A program made the position numbers and the translations under genes. DNA of 64,000 nucleotides from NCBI GenBank assembly GCA_964016885.1, contig OZ024741.1, positions 411,494,001-411,558,000 of the forward strand. Reading direction: 5' to 3'. Positions 11,903 to 24,600 of this stretch are shown piece by piece (position 1 is the stretch's first letter; each line of letters starts with the position of its first letter). Under the pieces are notes generated by a model. It saw nothing but the letters and a program-made list of their open reading frames with translations, ran no database searches and was not told the origin of the DNA. The DNA is from Eledone cirrhosa. Taxonomy: Eukaryota.

Positions 11903-14526
11903 ACAGTGTAGCTATTGTAAACCAGATATACACAGGGATACAGTGTACCTATTGTAAACCAGATATACACAGGGATACAGTGTACCTATTGTAAACCAGA
12001 TATACACAGGGATACAGTGTACCTATTGTAAACCAGATATACACAGGGATACAGTGTACCTATTGTAAACCAGATATACACAGGGATACAGTGTACCTAT
12101 TGTAAACCAGATATACCCAGGGATACAGTGTACCTAATGTAAACCAGATATACCCAGGGAGACAGTGTACCTATTGTAAACCAGATACACAGGATACAGT
12201 GTACCTATTGTAAACTAGATATACACAGGGATACAGTGTACCTATTGTAAACCAGATATACACAGGGATACAGTGTACCTATTGTAAACCAGATATACAC
12301 AGGGATACAGTGGGCCTATTGTAAACTAGATATACACTGGGATACAGTGTACCTATTGTAAACTAGATATACACAGGGATACAGTGTACCTATTGTAAAC
12401 CAGATACACAGGATACAGTGTACCTATTGTAAACTAGATATACACAGGGATACAGTGTACCTATTGTAAACCAGATATACACAGGGATACAGTGTACCTA
12501 TTGTAAACCAGATATACACAGGGATACAGTGTACCTATTGTAAACCAGATATACACAGGGATACAGTGTACCTATTGTAAACCAGATATACCCAGGGATA
12601 CAGTGTACCTATTGTAAACCAGATATACACAGGGATACAGTGTACCTATTGTAAACTAGATATACACAGGGATACAGTGTACCTATTGTAAACCAGATAC
12701 ACAGGATACAGTGTACCTATTGTAAACTAGATATACACAGGGATACAGTGTACCTATTGTAAACCAGATATACACAGGGATACAGTGTACCTATTGTAAA
12801 CTAGATATACACAGGGATACAGTGTACCTATTGTAAACCAGATATACACAGGGATACAGTGTACCTATTGTAAACCAGATACACAGGATACAGTGTATCT
12901 ATTGTAAACTAGATATACACAGGGATACAGTGTACCTATTGTAAACCAGATACACAGGGATACAGTGTACCTATTGTAAACCAGATATACACAAAGATAC
13001 AGTGTACCTATTGTAAACCAGATATACACAGGGATACAGTGTACCTATTGTAAACCAGATATACCCAGGGATACAGTGTACCTATTGTAAACCAGATATA
13101 CACAGGGATACAGTGTACCTATTGTAAACTAGATATACACAGGGATACAGTGTACCTATTGTAAACCAGATATACACAGGGATACAGTGTACCTATTGTA
13201 AACCAGATATACACAGGGATACAGTGTACCTATTGTAAACCAGATATACCCAGGGATACAGTGTACCTAATGTAAACCAGATATACCCAGGGAGACAGTG
13301 TACCTATTGTAAACCAGATACACAGGGATACAGTGTACCTATTGTAAACCAGATATACACAAAGATACAGTGTACCTATTGTAAACCAGATATACACAGG
13401 GATACAGTGTACCTATTGTAAACCAGATATACCCAGGGATACAGTGTACCTATTGTAAACCAGATATACACAGGGATACAGTGTACCTATTGTAAACTAG
13501 ATATACACAGGGATACAGTGTACCTATTGTAAACCAGATATACACAGGGATACAGTGTACCTATTGTAAACCAGATATACACAGGGATACAGTGTACCTA
13601 TTGTAAACCAGATATACCCAGGGATACAGTGTACCTAATGTAAACCAGATATACCCAGGGAGACAGTGTACCTATTGTAAACCAGATACACAGGATACAG
13701 TGTACCTATTGTAAACTAGATATACACAGGGATACAGTGTACCTATTGTAAACCAGATATACACAGGGATACAGTGTACCTATTGTAAACCAGATATACA
13801 CAGGGATACAGTGGGCCTATTGTAAACTAGATATACACTGGGATACAGTGTACCTATTGTAAACCAGATACACAGGGATACAGTGTACCTATTGTAAACC
13901 AGATATACACAGGGATACAGTGGGCCTATTGTAAACTAGATATACACTGGGATACAGTGTACCTATTGTAAACCAGATACACAGGGATACAGTGTACCTA
14001 TTGTAAACCAGATATACACAGGGATACAGTGTATCTATTGTAAACCTGATATACACAGGGATACAGTGTACCTATTGTAAACCAGATATACCCAGGGATA
14101 CAGTGTACCTATTGTAAACCAGATATACACAGGGATACAGTGTACCTATTGTAAACTAGATATACACAGGGATACAGTGGGCCTATTGTAAACCTGATAT
14201 ACACAGGGATACAGTGTACCTATTGTAAACCAGATATACACAGGGTATACAGTATACCTATTGTAAACCAGATATACACAGGGATACAGTATACCTATTG
14301 TAAACCAGATATACCAAGGGATACAGTGTACCTATTGTAAACCAGATATACACAGGGATACAGTGTACCTATTGTAAACCAGATATACACTGGGATACAG
14401 TGTACCTATTGTAAACCAGATATACACAGGGATACAGTGTACCTATTGTAAACTAGATATACACAGGGATACAGTGTACCTATTGTAAACCTGATATACA
14501 CTGGGATACAGTGTACCTATTGTAAA
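11903..14526. repeat. 37-bp minisatellite, ~70 copies (ACAGTGTACCTATTGTAAACCAGATATACACAGGGAT)
   Basis: Period of 37 read directly (cagtg at 11941 and 11978), with some 34-35-bp deletion variants. Confidence 0.97.
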
Positions 14527-14629
14527 TCCCAGACACACACAATACATATTCACAAATATTTGATTCCTATTAATATTAATAAAGTGTCTTGAAGCTGTTC
14601 TTAAAATCATAACTTTATATATATCTCAG

Positions 14630-14733
14630 ATACACTGGTGAAATCTCTACATCTTCTCTATCGTTTGAGTAAATACTTAAATAACATTCCAAGCCTGATG
14701 GAAATAGAGACCGAAATATTCTATATAACGCAG
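14630..14733 (+). CDS. Host gene exon B (phase 1 in, 0 out): DTLVKSLHLLYRLSKYLNNIPSLMEIETEIFYITQ
   Basis: Acceptor atctcag|, strong donor cag|gtaaga. 104 nt = 2 + 34 codons, open in the frame set by exon A. Confidence 0.8.
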
Positions 14734-14823
14734 GTAAGAAATACTTGAACCTTTCATTGCCATATTTATTATTAAAAGATACATCATAGAATATTTGAAT
14801 AATTTTTAAAATAATAAAGAATT

Positions 14824-15270
14824 TAGTCTCACTTAATGAAGGTGTATGGCTTAGTGGTTTGTGTGTTGGACATGCAATTGTGAGGTTGGGAGTTTCATTC
14901 CTGGGATGGGTGTTACATTGTATCCTTGAGCAAGACACTTTAATTCATACTACCACAATTCACTCAGCTGGAACAGATGAGTTGCAATGTCGCTGATGTG
15001 AAGCTGAGAAGTCAATAGCCCAGCTTCAGACTGTGAAGATCTGTGAAAACTCTTTTCAAAATAATCAACAATTTAGAAGGATTTAGTTAATATAACTAAC
15101 TTTCTCATTATTAAGTTGGTATTTGGAACATAACTTAACAAAGGTCCTTACTAGAAAGGTTTAGTACTATAACTAAGTTTTTCATTATTAAACTGGTGTT
15201 TGGAACATAACTTAACAAAGGTTCTTACATAAAATTATGATGGAATGTCTTTACATAAAAATAAACATTT
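14824..15270 (+). mobile_element. Degenerate tRNA-derived CORE-type SINE plus AT-rich flank (duplicated at ~36798-37280)
   Basis: A-box tggcttagtgg, decayed B-box gagtttcattc, CORE-like ccttgagcaagacactt. Confidence 0.7.
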
Positions 15271-15505
15271 AAAATAAATAAAAAGGTGCTTTTGTCATGT
15301 TAGTGAAATGAGAGAAAGCACCCAGGCCACCCTGTAAGGTGGTCGTGTTGATGACATGATAGAAAAGTACCCTGTCCAATCTGTCAGCTGGTTGTTTTGG
15401 TGCAGTAAATATGGGTGGCATTAGTAAGGGTATCCAGCTGTAAAGAATTACCTCAAAATATCCTGTCTAATCCATGTAAGCTATCACAGAATAATTGACA
15501 AAAAA

Positions 15506-15668
15506 ATGATGATGAGGGTGATGATGATGATGATGATGGTGATGGTGGTGATGATGGTGATGGTGACGATGATGGTGATGGTGGTGGTGATGATGATGAT
15601 GGTGGTGGTGATGATGGTGGTGATGGTGGTGATGATGATGGTGGTGGTGATGATGGTGATGATGGTGG

Positions 15669-15700
<32 letters not shown>

Positions 15701-15822
15701 ATGATGATGGTGGTAATGGTGATGATAACGATGATGGTGATGATGATGATGGTGGTAATGGTGATGATAATGATGATGGTGATGATGATGATGGTGGTAA
15801 TGGTGATGATGATGGTGATGAT
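15506..15822. repeat. Mixed (ATG/GTG)n trinucleotide tract
   Basis: Directly visible; ends ~18 bp before the exon C acceptor. Confidence 0.97.
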
Positions 15823-15840
15823 ATAATTGTCTATTTTCAG

Positions 15841-15939
15841 AGAATGTTTCTACACCTTTACCAGAATGCCGCCACTAAATACTCAAAACCAACCCCAAAG
15901 TTGTCCTCCTGTGATAAACACCAACTCACTGTATCCATG
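15841..15939 (+). CDS. Host gene exon C (phase 0/0): RMFLHLYQNAATKYSKPTPKLSSCDKHQLTVSM
   Basis: Acceptor ctattttcag|, donor atg|gtaacc. 99 nt, open, phase-compatible with exons B and D. Confidence 0.75.
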
Positions 15940-16202
15940 GTAACCACATTTTCTCCTTTATTTAACTGTTTTGTTTGAGTCATGTGACTGTGGCCATGCT
16001 GGGGCACAGCCTTAAAGTGACTTTATTTAGTCATATTGATTCCCCCCTCCTCAAACAAACCCAGTACTTATATTTATTTTTCAAGTTTGGAACTTATTTT
16101 AACAACCTCTTTTAGTCAGACTGCTAAGTTACAGGATATTTACAAAAGACAATACTGGTTATTATTAAGTATTGTAAACATAAACTGAAAAACACACATG
16201 CA

Positions 16203-16251
<49 letters not shown>

Positions 16252-16255
<4 letters not shown>

Positions 16256-16585
16256 AATAATTGTGTAAAGTGCTCAGGTGCACCACAACTCGTCAATATA
16301 GTACATAGAATAATACACAAATGTCAGGGAAGTACATGTGTTTATGTGTTAGCTGTAGTATTGGCGGATCTCGGGAAGCATGGAGGCCTTAAAAAGATGC
16401 AGTGTCTCGACAGCTAACAACTGATGCAGGTAGTTTGTTCCATGCTTCAGCAACTCTGAGCGTGAAAGAAATGTTTCCGAAAGTCATGGGAACTGTGCTG
16501 TTTTCTTACTTTGTGGGCATGTCCACGTGTGTTAGACACATGCAAATCAAAAAGGTACTCAGGGTTGTTATTGGCAACATGGTTA
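16252..16585 (-). mobile_element. 3' fragment of a CR1/L2-group LINE next to (AAT)n
   Basis: Minus strand reads FTLRVAEAWNKLPASVVSCRDTASFKASMLPEIRQYYS*, the typical WNxLP..SFK C-terminus of CR1/L2-group ORF2. (TAA)n lies at 16211-16252. Confidence 0.8.
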
Positions 16586-16589
16586 ACAA

Positions 16590-18440
16590 TGAAATTATTG
16601 TGTACAGTGCTCAGGTGCGCTACAACACATCAAAGATGCATGTATAGTACGTAGAATAATTTAGAAATGTCAGAGAAGTGAACAGTGTGTGAGTCATGAT
16701 ATACATGTGTGTATGTGTATGGAGGGAGAATATTAGGTGTAGTGTTGGCAAATCTCAGGAAGCATGGAGGTTTTAAAGGAGGCAGTGTCTTGATAGCTAA
16801 CAACTGATGCAGGTAGTTTGTTCCTTGGAGGCTTTAAAGGATGCAGTGTCTCGACAGATAAAAACTGATGCAGGTAGTTTGTTTCATGGAGGTTTTAAAG
16901 GATGCAGTGTCTCGACAGCTAACAACTGATGCAGGAAGTTTGTTCCATGGAGGTTTTAAAGGATGCAGTGTCTCAACAGCTAACAAATGATGCAGGGAGT
17001 GTGTTCCATGGAGGTTTTAAAGGATGCAGTGTCTCAACAGCTAAAAACTGATGCAGGGTGTTTGTTCCATGGAGGTTTTAAAGGATGCAGTTTCTCAACA
17101 GCTAACCACTGATGCAGGGAGTTTGACCATGAAGGTTTTAAAGGATGCAGTGTCTCGACAGCTAAAAACTGATGCAGGGTGTTTGTTCCATGGAGGTTTT
17201 AAAGGATGCAGTGTCTCGACAGCTAACAACTGATGCAGATAGTTTGTTCCATGGAAGTTTTAAAGGATGCAGTGTCTCGACAGCTAACAACTGATGCAGG
17301 AAGTTTGTTCCATGGAGGTTTTGAAGGATGCAGTGTCTCGACAGCTAACAACTGATGCAGGGAGTTTGTTCCATGGAGGTTTTAAAGGATGCAGTGTATC
17401 GACAGCTAACAAATGATGCAGGGAGTTTGTTCCATGGAGGTTTTAAAGGATGCAGTGTCTCGACAGCTAAAAGCTGATGCAGGGTGTTTGTTCCATGGAG
17501 GTTTTAAAGGATGCAGTGTCTCGACAGCTAAAAACTGATGCAGGGTGTTTGTTCCATGGAGGTTTTGCAGGATGCAGTGTCTCGACAGCTAACAACTGAT
17601 GCTGGGAATTTGTTCCATGGAGGTTTTAAAGGATGCAGTGTCTCGACAGCTAAAAACTGATGCAGGGTGTTTGTTCAATGGAGGTTTTAAAGAATGCAGT
17701 GTCTCGACAGATAACAACTGATGCAGGGAGTTTGTTCCATGGAGGTTTTAAAGGATGCAGTGTCTCGACAGCTAACAACTGATGCATGGAGTTTGTTCCA
17801 TGGAGGTTTTAAAGGATGCAGTGTCTCGACAGCTAAAAACTGATGCAGGGTGTTTGTTCCATGGAGGTTTTGAAGGATGGAGTGTCTCGACAGCTAACAA
17901 CTGATGCAGGTAGTGTGTTCCATGGAGGCTTTAAAGGAAGCAGTGTCTCGATAGCTGACAACTGATGCAGGTAGTTTCTTCCATGGAGGTTTTAAAGGAT
18001 GCAGTATCTCGACAGCTAACAACTGATGCAGGTAGTTTGTTCCATGGAGGTTTTAAAGGATGCAGTGTCTCGACAACTAAAAACTGGTGCAGGGTGTTTG
18101 TTCCATGGAGGTTTTAAAGGATGCAGTGTCTCGACAGCTAACAACTGATGCAGGGAGTTTGTTCCATGGAGGTTCTAAAGGATGCAGTGTCTCGACAGCT
18201 AAAAACTGATGCAGGGTGTTTGTTCCATGGAGGTTTTAAAGGATGCAGTGTCTCGACAGCTAACAACTGATGCAGGAAGTTTCTTCCATGGAGGTTTTAA
18301 AGGTTGCAGTGTCTCAACAGCTAACAACTGATGCAGGGAGTTTGTTCCATGGATGTTTTAAAGGATGCAGTGTCTCAACAGCTAAAAACTGATGCAGGGA
18401 GTTTGTTCCATGCTTCAGCAAATCTGAGCGTGAAAAAATG
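16590..18440 (-). mobile_element. Second copy of the same CR1/L2-group 3' fragment, with an internal tandem expansion
   Basis: Both flanks (16590-16765 and 18410-18440, ccatgcttcagcaa.tctgagcgtgaaa) align with the unexpanded copy at 16252-16470. Confidence 0.85.
16763..18412. repeat. 61-bp minisatellite, ~27 copies (ATGGAGGTTTTAAAGGATGCAGTGTCTCGACAGCTAACAACTGATGCAGGGAGTTTGTTCC), LINE-derived
   Basis: Period of 61 read directly. The unit corresponds to ~16380-16441 of the neighbouring LINE fragment. Confidence 0.96.
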
Positions 18441-18674
18441 TGGCAGGCTTCCATGCAGTTTCTATCAACCAAATTACTTCACTTTTAAGCCATTGGTGGA
18501 GCCAAGTTTACAGTAAAATACAAGGTTCTACTGAGTGCGAGAGAACCTCAAACTACACAGTTGTGAAGTTAACTCCTTAACAACACAACCATGACAGTAC
18601 CTATATATTTGGTATTGGTAATGGTTAGGAGGACCCTTAGTTGTGTCAAAGACAGCCTCACTAGTACTGCTGAT

Positions 18675-21600
18675 CTACATGATAAACACACTCTGCTGAT
18701 AGATCAAGTACACTCTGGTAAACACATCCAGTACACTCTGATAAACACACCCAGTACACTCTGATAAACACACCAAGTACACTCTGATGAACACATCCAG
18801 TACACTCTGATAAACACACCCAGTACACTCTGATAAACACACCCAGTACACTCTGATAAACACACCCAGTACACTCTGATAAACACTCCCAGTACACTCT
18901 GATAAACACACCCAGTACACTCTGATAAACACTCCCAGTACACTCTGATAAACACACCAAGTACACTCTGATAAACACACCCAGTAAACTCTGATAAACA
19001 CACCCAGTACACTCTGATAAACACACCCAGTAAACCCTGATAAACACATCCAGTACACTCTGATAAACACACCCAGTACACTCTGATAAACACACCCAGT
19101 ACACTCTGATAAACACACCCAGTACACTCTGATAAACACACTCAGTACACCCTGATAAACACACCCAGTACACTCTGATAAACACACCCAGTACACTCTG
19201 ATAAACACACCCAGTACACTCTGATAAACACACCCAGTACACTCTGATAAACACACCCAGTACACTCTGATAAACACATCCAGTACACTCTGATAAACAC
19301 ACCCAGTACACTCTGATAAACACACCAAGTACACTCTGATAAACACACCCAGTAAACTCTGATAAACACACCCAGTACACTCTGATAAACACACCCAGTA
19401 AACTCTGATAAACACACCCAGTACACTCTGATAAACACACCCAGTAAACCCTGATAAACACATCCAGTACACCCTGATAAACACATCCAGTACACTCTGA
19501 TAAACACACCCAGTACACTCTGATAAACACACCCAGTACACTCTGATAAACACACTCAGTAAACTCTGATAAACACACCCAGTAAACCCGGATAAACACA
19601 CCCAGTACACTCTGATAAACACACCCAGTACACTCTGATAAACACACCCAGTACACTCTGATAAACACATCCAGTACACTCTGATAAACACACCCAGTAC
19701 ACTCTGATAAACACACCCAGTACACTCTGATAAACACACCCAGTACACTCTGATAAACACTCCCAGTACACTCTGATAAACACACCCAGTACACTCTGAT
19801 AAACACACCCAGTACACTCTGATAAACACACCCAGTACACTCTGATAAACACACCTAGTATACTCTGATAAACACACCCAGTACACTCTAATAAACACAC
19901 CCAGTACACTCTGATAAACACACCCAGTACACTCTGATAAACACACCCAGTACACTCTGATAAACACACCCAGTACACTCTGATAAACACACTCAGTACA
20001 CCCTGATAAACACACCTAGTACACTCTGATAAACACACCCAGTACACTCTGATAAACACACCCAGTACACTCTGATAAACACACACGTTACACTCTGATA
20101 AACACACCCAGTACACTCTGATAAATACACTCAGTACACCCTGATAAACGCACCCGGTAAACTCTGATAAACACACCCAGTACACTCTGATAAACACACC
20201 CAGTAAACTCTGATAAACACACCCAGTACGCTCTGATAAACACACCCAGTACACTCTGATAAACACATCCAGTACACTCTGATAAACACACCCAGTACAC
20301 TCTGATAAACACACCCAGTACACTCTGATAAACACACCCAGTACTCTCTGATAAACACACCCAGTACACTCTGATAAACACTCCCAGTACACTCTGATAA
20401 ACACACCCAGTACACTCTGATAAACACACCCAGTACACTCTGATAAACACACCAAGTACACTCTGATAAACACATCCAGTACACTCTGATAAACACACCC
20501 AGTACACTCTGATAAACACACCCAGTACACTCTGATAAACACACTCAGTACACTGTGATAAACACACCCAGTACACTCTGATAAACACACACAGTACACT
20601 CTGATAAACACACCCAGTACACTCTGATAAACACACCCAGTACACTCTGATAAACACACCCAGTACACTCTGATAAACACATCCAGTACACTCTGATAAA
20701 CACATCCAGTACACTCTGATAAACACACCAAGTACACTCTGATAAACACACCCAGTACACTCTGATAAACACACCCAGTACACTCTGATAAACACATCCA
20801 GTAAACTCTGATAAACACATCCAGTAAACTCTGATAAACACATCCAGTACACTCTGATAAACACACCCAGTAAACTCTGACAAACACATCCAGTAAACTC
20901 TGATAAACACATCCAGTAAACTCTGATAAACACATCCAGTAAACTCTGATAAACACATCCAGTAAACTCTGATAAACACATCCAGTAAACTCTGATAAAC
21001 ACATCCAGTACACTCTGATAAACACACCCAGTAAACTCTGACAAACACATCCAGTAAACTCTGATAAACACATCCAGTAAACTCTGATAAACACATCAGT
21101 ACACTCTGATAAACACACCCAGTAAACTCTGACAAACACATCCAGTAAACTCTGATAAACACATCCAGTAAACTCTGATAAACACATCCAGTAAACTCTG
21201 ATAAACACATCCAGTAAACTCTGATAAACACATCCAGTAAACTCTGATAAACACATCCAGTACACTCTGATAAACACACCCAGTAAACTCTGACAAACAC
21301 ATCCAGTAAACTCTGATAAACACATCCAGTAAACTCTGATAAACACATCCAGTAAACTCTGATAAACACATCCAGTACACTCTGATAAACACACCCAGTA
21401 AACTCTGACAAACACATCCAGTAAACTCTGATAAACACATCCAGTAAACTCTGATAAACACATCCAGTAAACTCTGATAAACACATCCAGTACACTCTGA
21501 TAAACACACCCAGTACACTCTGATAAACACACCCAGTACACTCTGATAAACACACCCAGTACTCTCTGATAAACACACCCAGTACACTCTGATAAACACT

Positions 21601-24600
21601 CCCAGTACACTCTGATAAACACACCCAGTACACTCTGATAAACACACCCAGTACACTCTGATAAACACACCAAGTACACTCTGATAAACACATCCAGTAC
21701 ACTCTGATAAACACACCCAGTACACTCTGATAAACACACCCAGTACACTCTGATAAACACACTCAGTACACTGTGATAAACACACCCAGTACACTCTGAT
21801 AAACACACACAGTACACTCTGATAAACACACCCAGTACACTCTGATAAACACACCCAGTACACTCTGATAAACACACCCAGTACACTCTGATAAACACAT
21901 CCAGTACACTCTGATAAACACACCCAGTACACTCTGATAAACACACCCAGTACACCCTGATAAACACACCCAGTACACTCTGATAAACACATCCAGTACA
22001 CTCTGATAAACACACCAAGTACACTCTGATAAACACACCCAGTACACTCTGATAAACACACCCAGTACACTCTGATAAACACATCCAGTAAACTCTGATA
22101 AACACATCCAGTAAACTCTGATAAACACATCCAGTACACTCTGATAAACACACCCAGTAAACTCTGACAAACACATCCAGTAAACTCTGATAAACACATC
22201 CAGTAAACTCTGATAAACACATCCAGTAAACTCTGATAAACACATCCAGTAAACTCTGATAAACACATCCAGTAAACTCTGATAAACACATCCACTACAC
22301 TCTGATAAACACACCCAGTAAACTCTGACAAACACATCCAGTAAACTCTGATAAACACATCCAGTAAACTCTGATAAACACATCCAGTACACTCTGATAA
22401 ACACACCCAGTAAACTCTGACAAACACATCCAGTAAACTCTGATAAACACATCCAGTAAACTCTGATAAACACATCCAGTAAACTCTGATAAACACATCC
22501 AGTAAACTCTGATAAACACATCCAGTAAACTCTGATAAACACATCCAGTACACTCTGATAAACACACCCAGTAAACTCTGACAAACACATCCAGTAAACT
22601 CTGATAAACACATCCAGTAAACTCTGATAAACACATCCAGTAAACTCTGATAAACACATCCAGTAAACTCTGATAAACACATCCAGTAAACTCTGATAAA
22701 CACATCCAGTACACTCTGATAAACACACCCAGTAAACTCTGACAAACACATCCAGTAAACTCTGATAAACACATCCAGTAAACTCTGATAAACACATCCA
22801 GTACACTCTGATAAACACACCCAGTAAACTCTGACAAACACATCCAGTAAACTCTGATAAACACATCCAGTAAACTCTGATAAACACATCCAGTAAACTC
22901 TGATAAACACATCCAGTAAACTCTGATAAACACATCCAGTAAACTCTGATAAACACATCCAGTACACTCTGATAAACACACCCAGTAAACTCTGACAAAC
23001 ACATCCAGTAAACTCTGATAAACACATCCAGTAAACTCTGATAAACACATCCAGTAAACTCTGATAAACACATCCAGTACACTCTGATAAACACACCCAG
23101 TAAACTCTGACAAACACATCCAGTAAACTCTGATAAACACATCCAGTAAACTCTGATAAACACATCCAGTAAACTCTGATAAACACATCCAGTACACTCT
23201 GATAAACACACCCAGTACACTCTGATAAACACACCCAGTACACTCTGATAAACACACCCAGTACTCTCTGATAAACACACCCAGTACACTCTGATAAACA
23301 CTCCCAGTACACTCTGATAAACACACCCAGTACACTCTGATAAACACACCCAGTACACTCTGATAAACACACCAAGTACACTCTGATAAACACATCCAGT
23401 ACACTCTGATAAACACACCCAGTACACTCTGATAAACACACCCAGTACACTCTGATAAACACACTCAGTACACTGTGATAAACACACCCAGTACACTCTG
23501 ATAAACACACACAGTACACTCTGATAAACACACCCAGTACACTCTGATAAACACACCCAGTACACTCTGATAAACACACCCAGTACACTCTGATAAACAC
23601 ATCCAGTACACTCTGATAAACACACCCAGTACACTCTGATAAACACACCCAGTACACCCTGATAAACACACCCAGTACACTCTGATAAACACATCCAGTA
23701 CACTCTGATAAACACACCAAGTACACTCTGATAAACACACCCAGTAAACTCTGATAAACACATCCAGTAAACTCTGATAAACACATCCAGTAAACTCTGA
23801 TAAACACATCCAGTAAACTCTGATAAACACATCCAGTAAACTCTGATAAACACATCCAGTACACTCTGATAAACACACCCAGTAAACTCTGACAAACACA
23901 TCCAGTAAACTCTGATAAACACATCCAGTAAACTCTGATAAACACATCCAGTACACTCTGATAAACACACCCAGTAAACTCTGACAAACACATCCAGTAA
24001 ACTCTGATAAACACATCCAGTAAACTCTGATAAACACATCCAGTAAACTCTGATAAACACATCCAGTAAACTCTGATAAACACATCCAGTAAACTCTGAT
24101 AAACACATCCAGTACACTCTGATAAACACACCCAGTAAACTCTGACAAACACATCCAGTAAACTCTGATAAACACATCCAGTAAACTCTGATAAACACAT
24201 CCAGTAAACTCTGATAAACACATCCAGTACACTCTGATAAACACACCCAGTAAACTCTGACAAACACATCCAGTAAACTCTGATAAACACATCCAGTAAA
24301 CTCTGATAAACACATCCAGTAAACTCTGATAAACACATCCAGTAAACTCTGATAAACACACCCAGTAAACTCTGACAAACACATCCAGTAAACTCTGATT
24401 AACACACCCAGTACACTCTGATAAACACACCCAGTACACTCTGATAAACACACACAGTACACTCTTATAAACACACCCAGTACACTCTGATAAACACACT
24501 CAGTAAACTCTGACAAACACACCCAGTACACTCTGATAAACACACCCAGTACACCCTGATAAACACACCCAGTACACTCTGATAAACACACCCAGTACAC

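Noticed and set aside
11903-14526. 37-bp repeats as a CRISPR array
   Set aside because: Repeats are head-to-tail with no unique spacers, there are no cas genes, and the context is eukaryotic.
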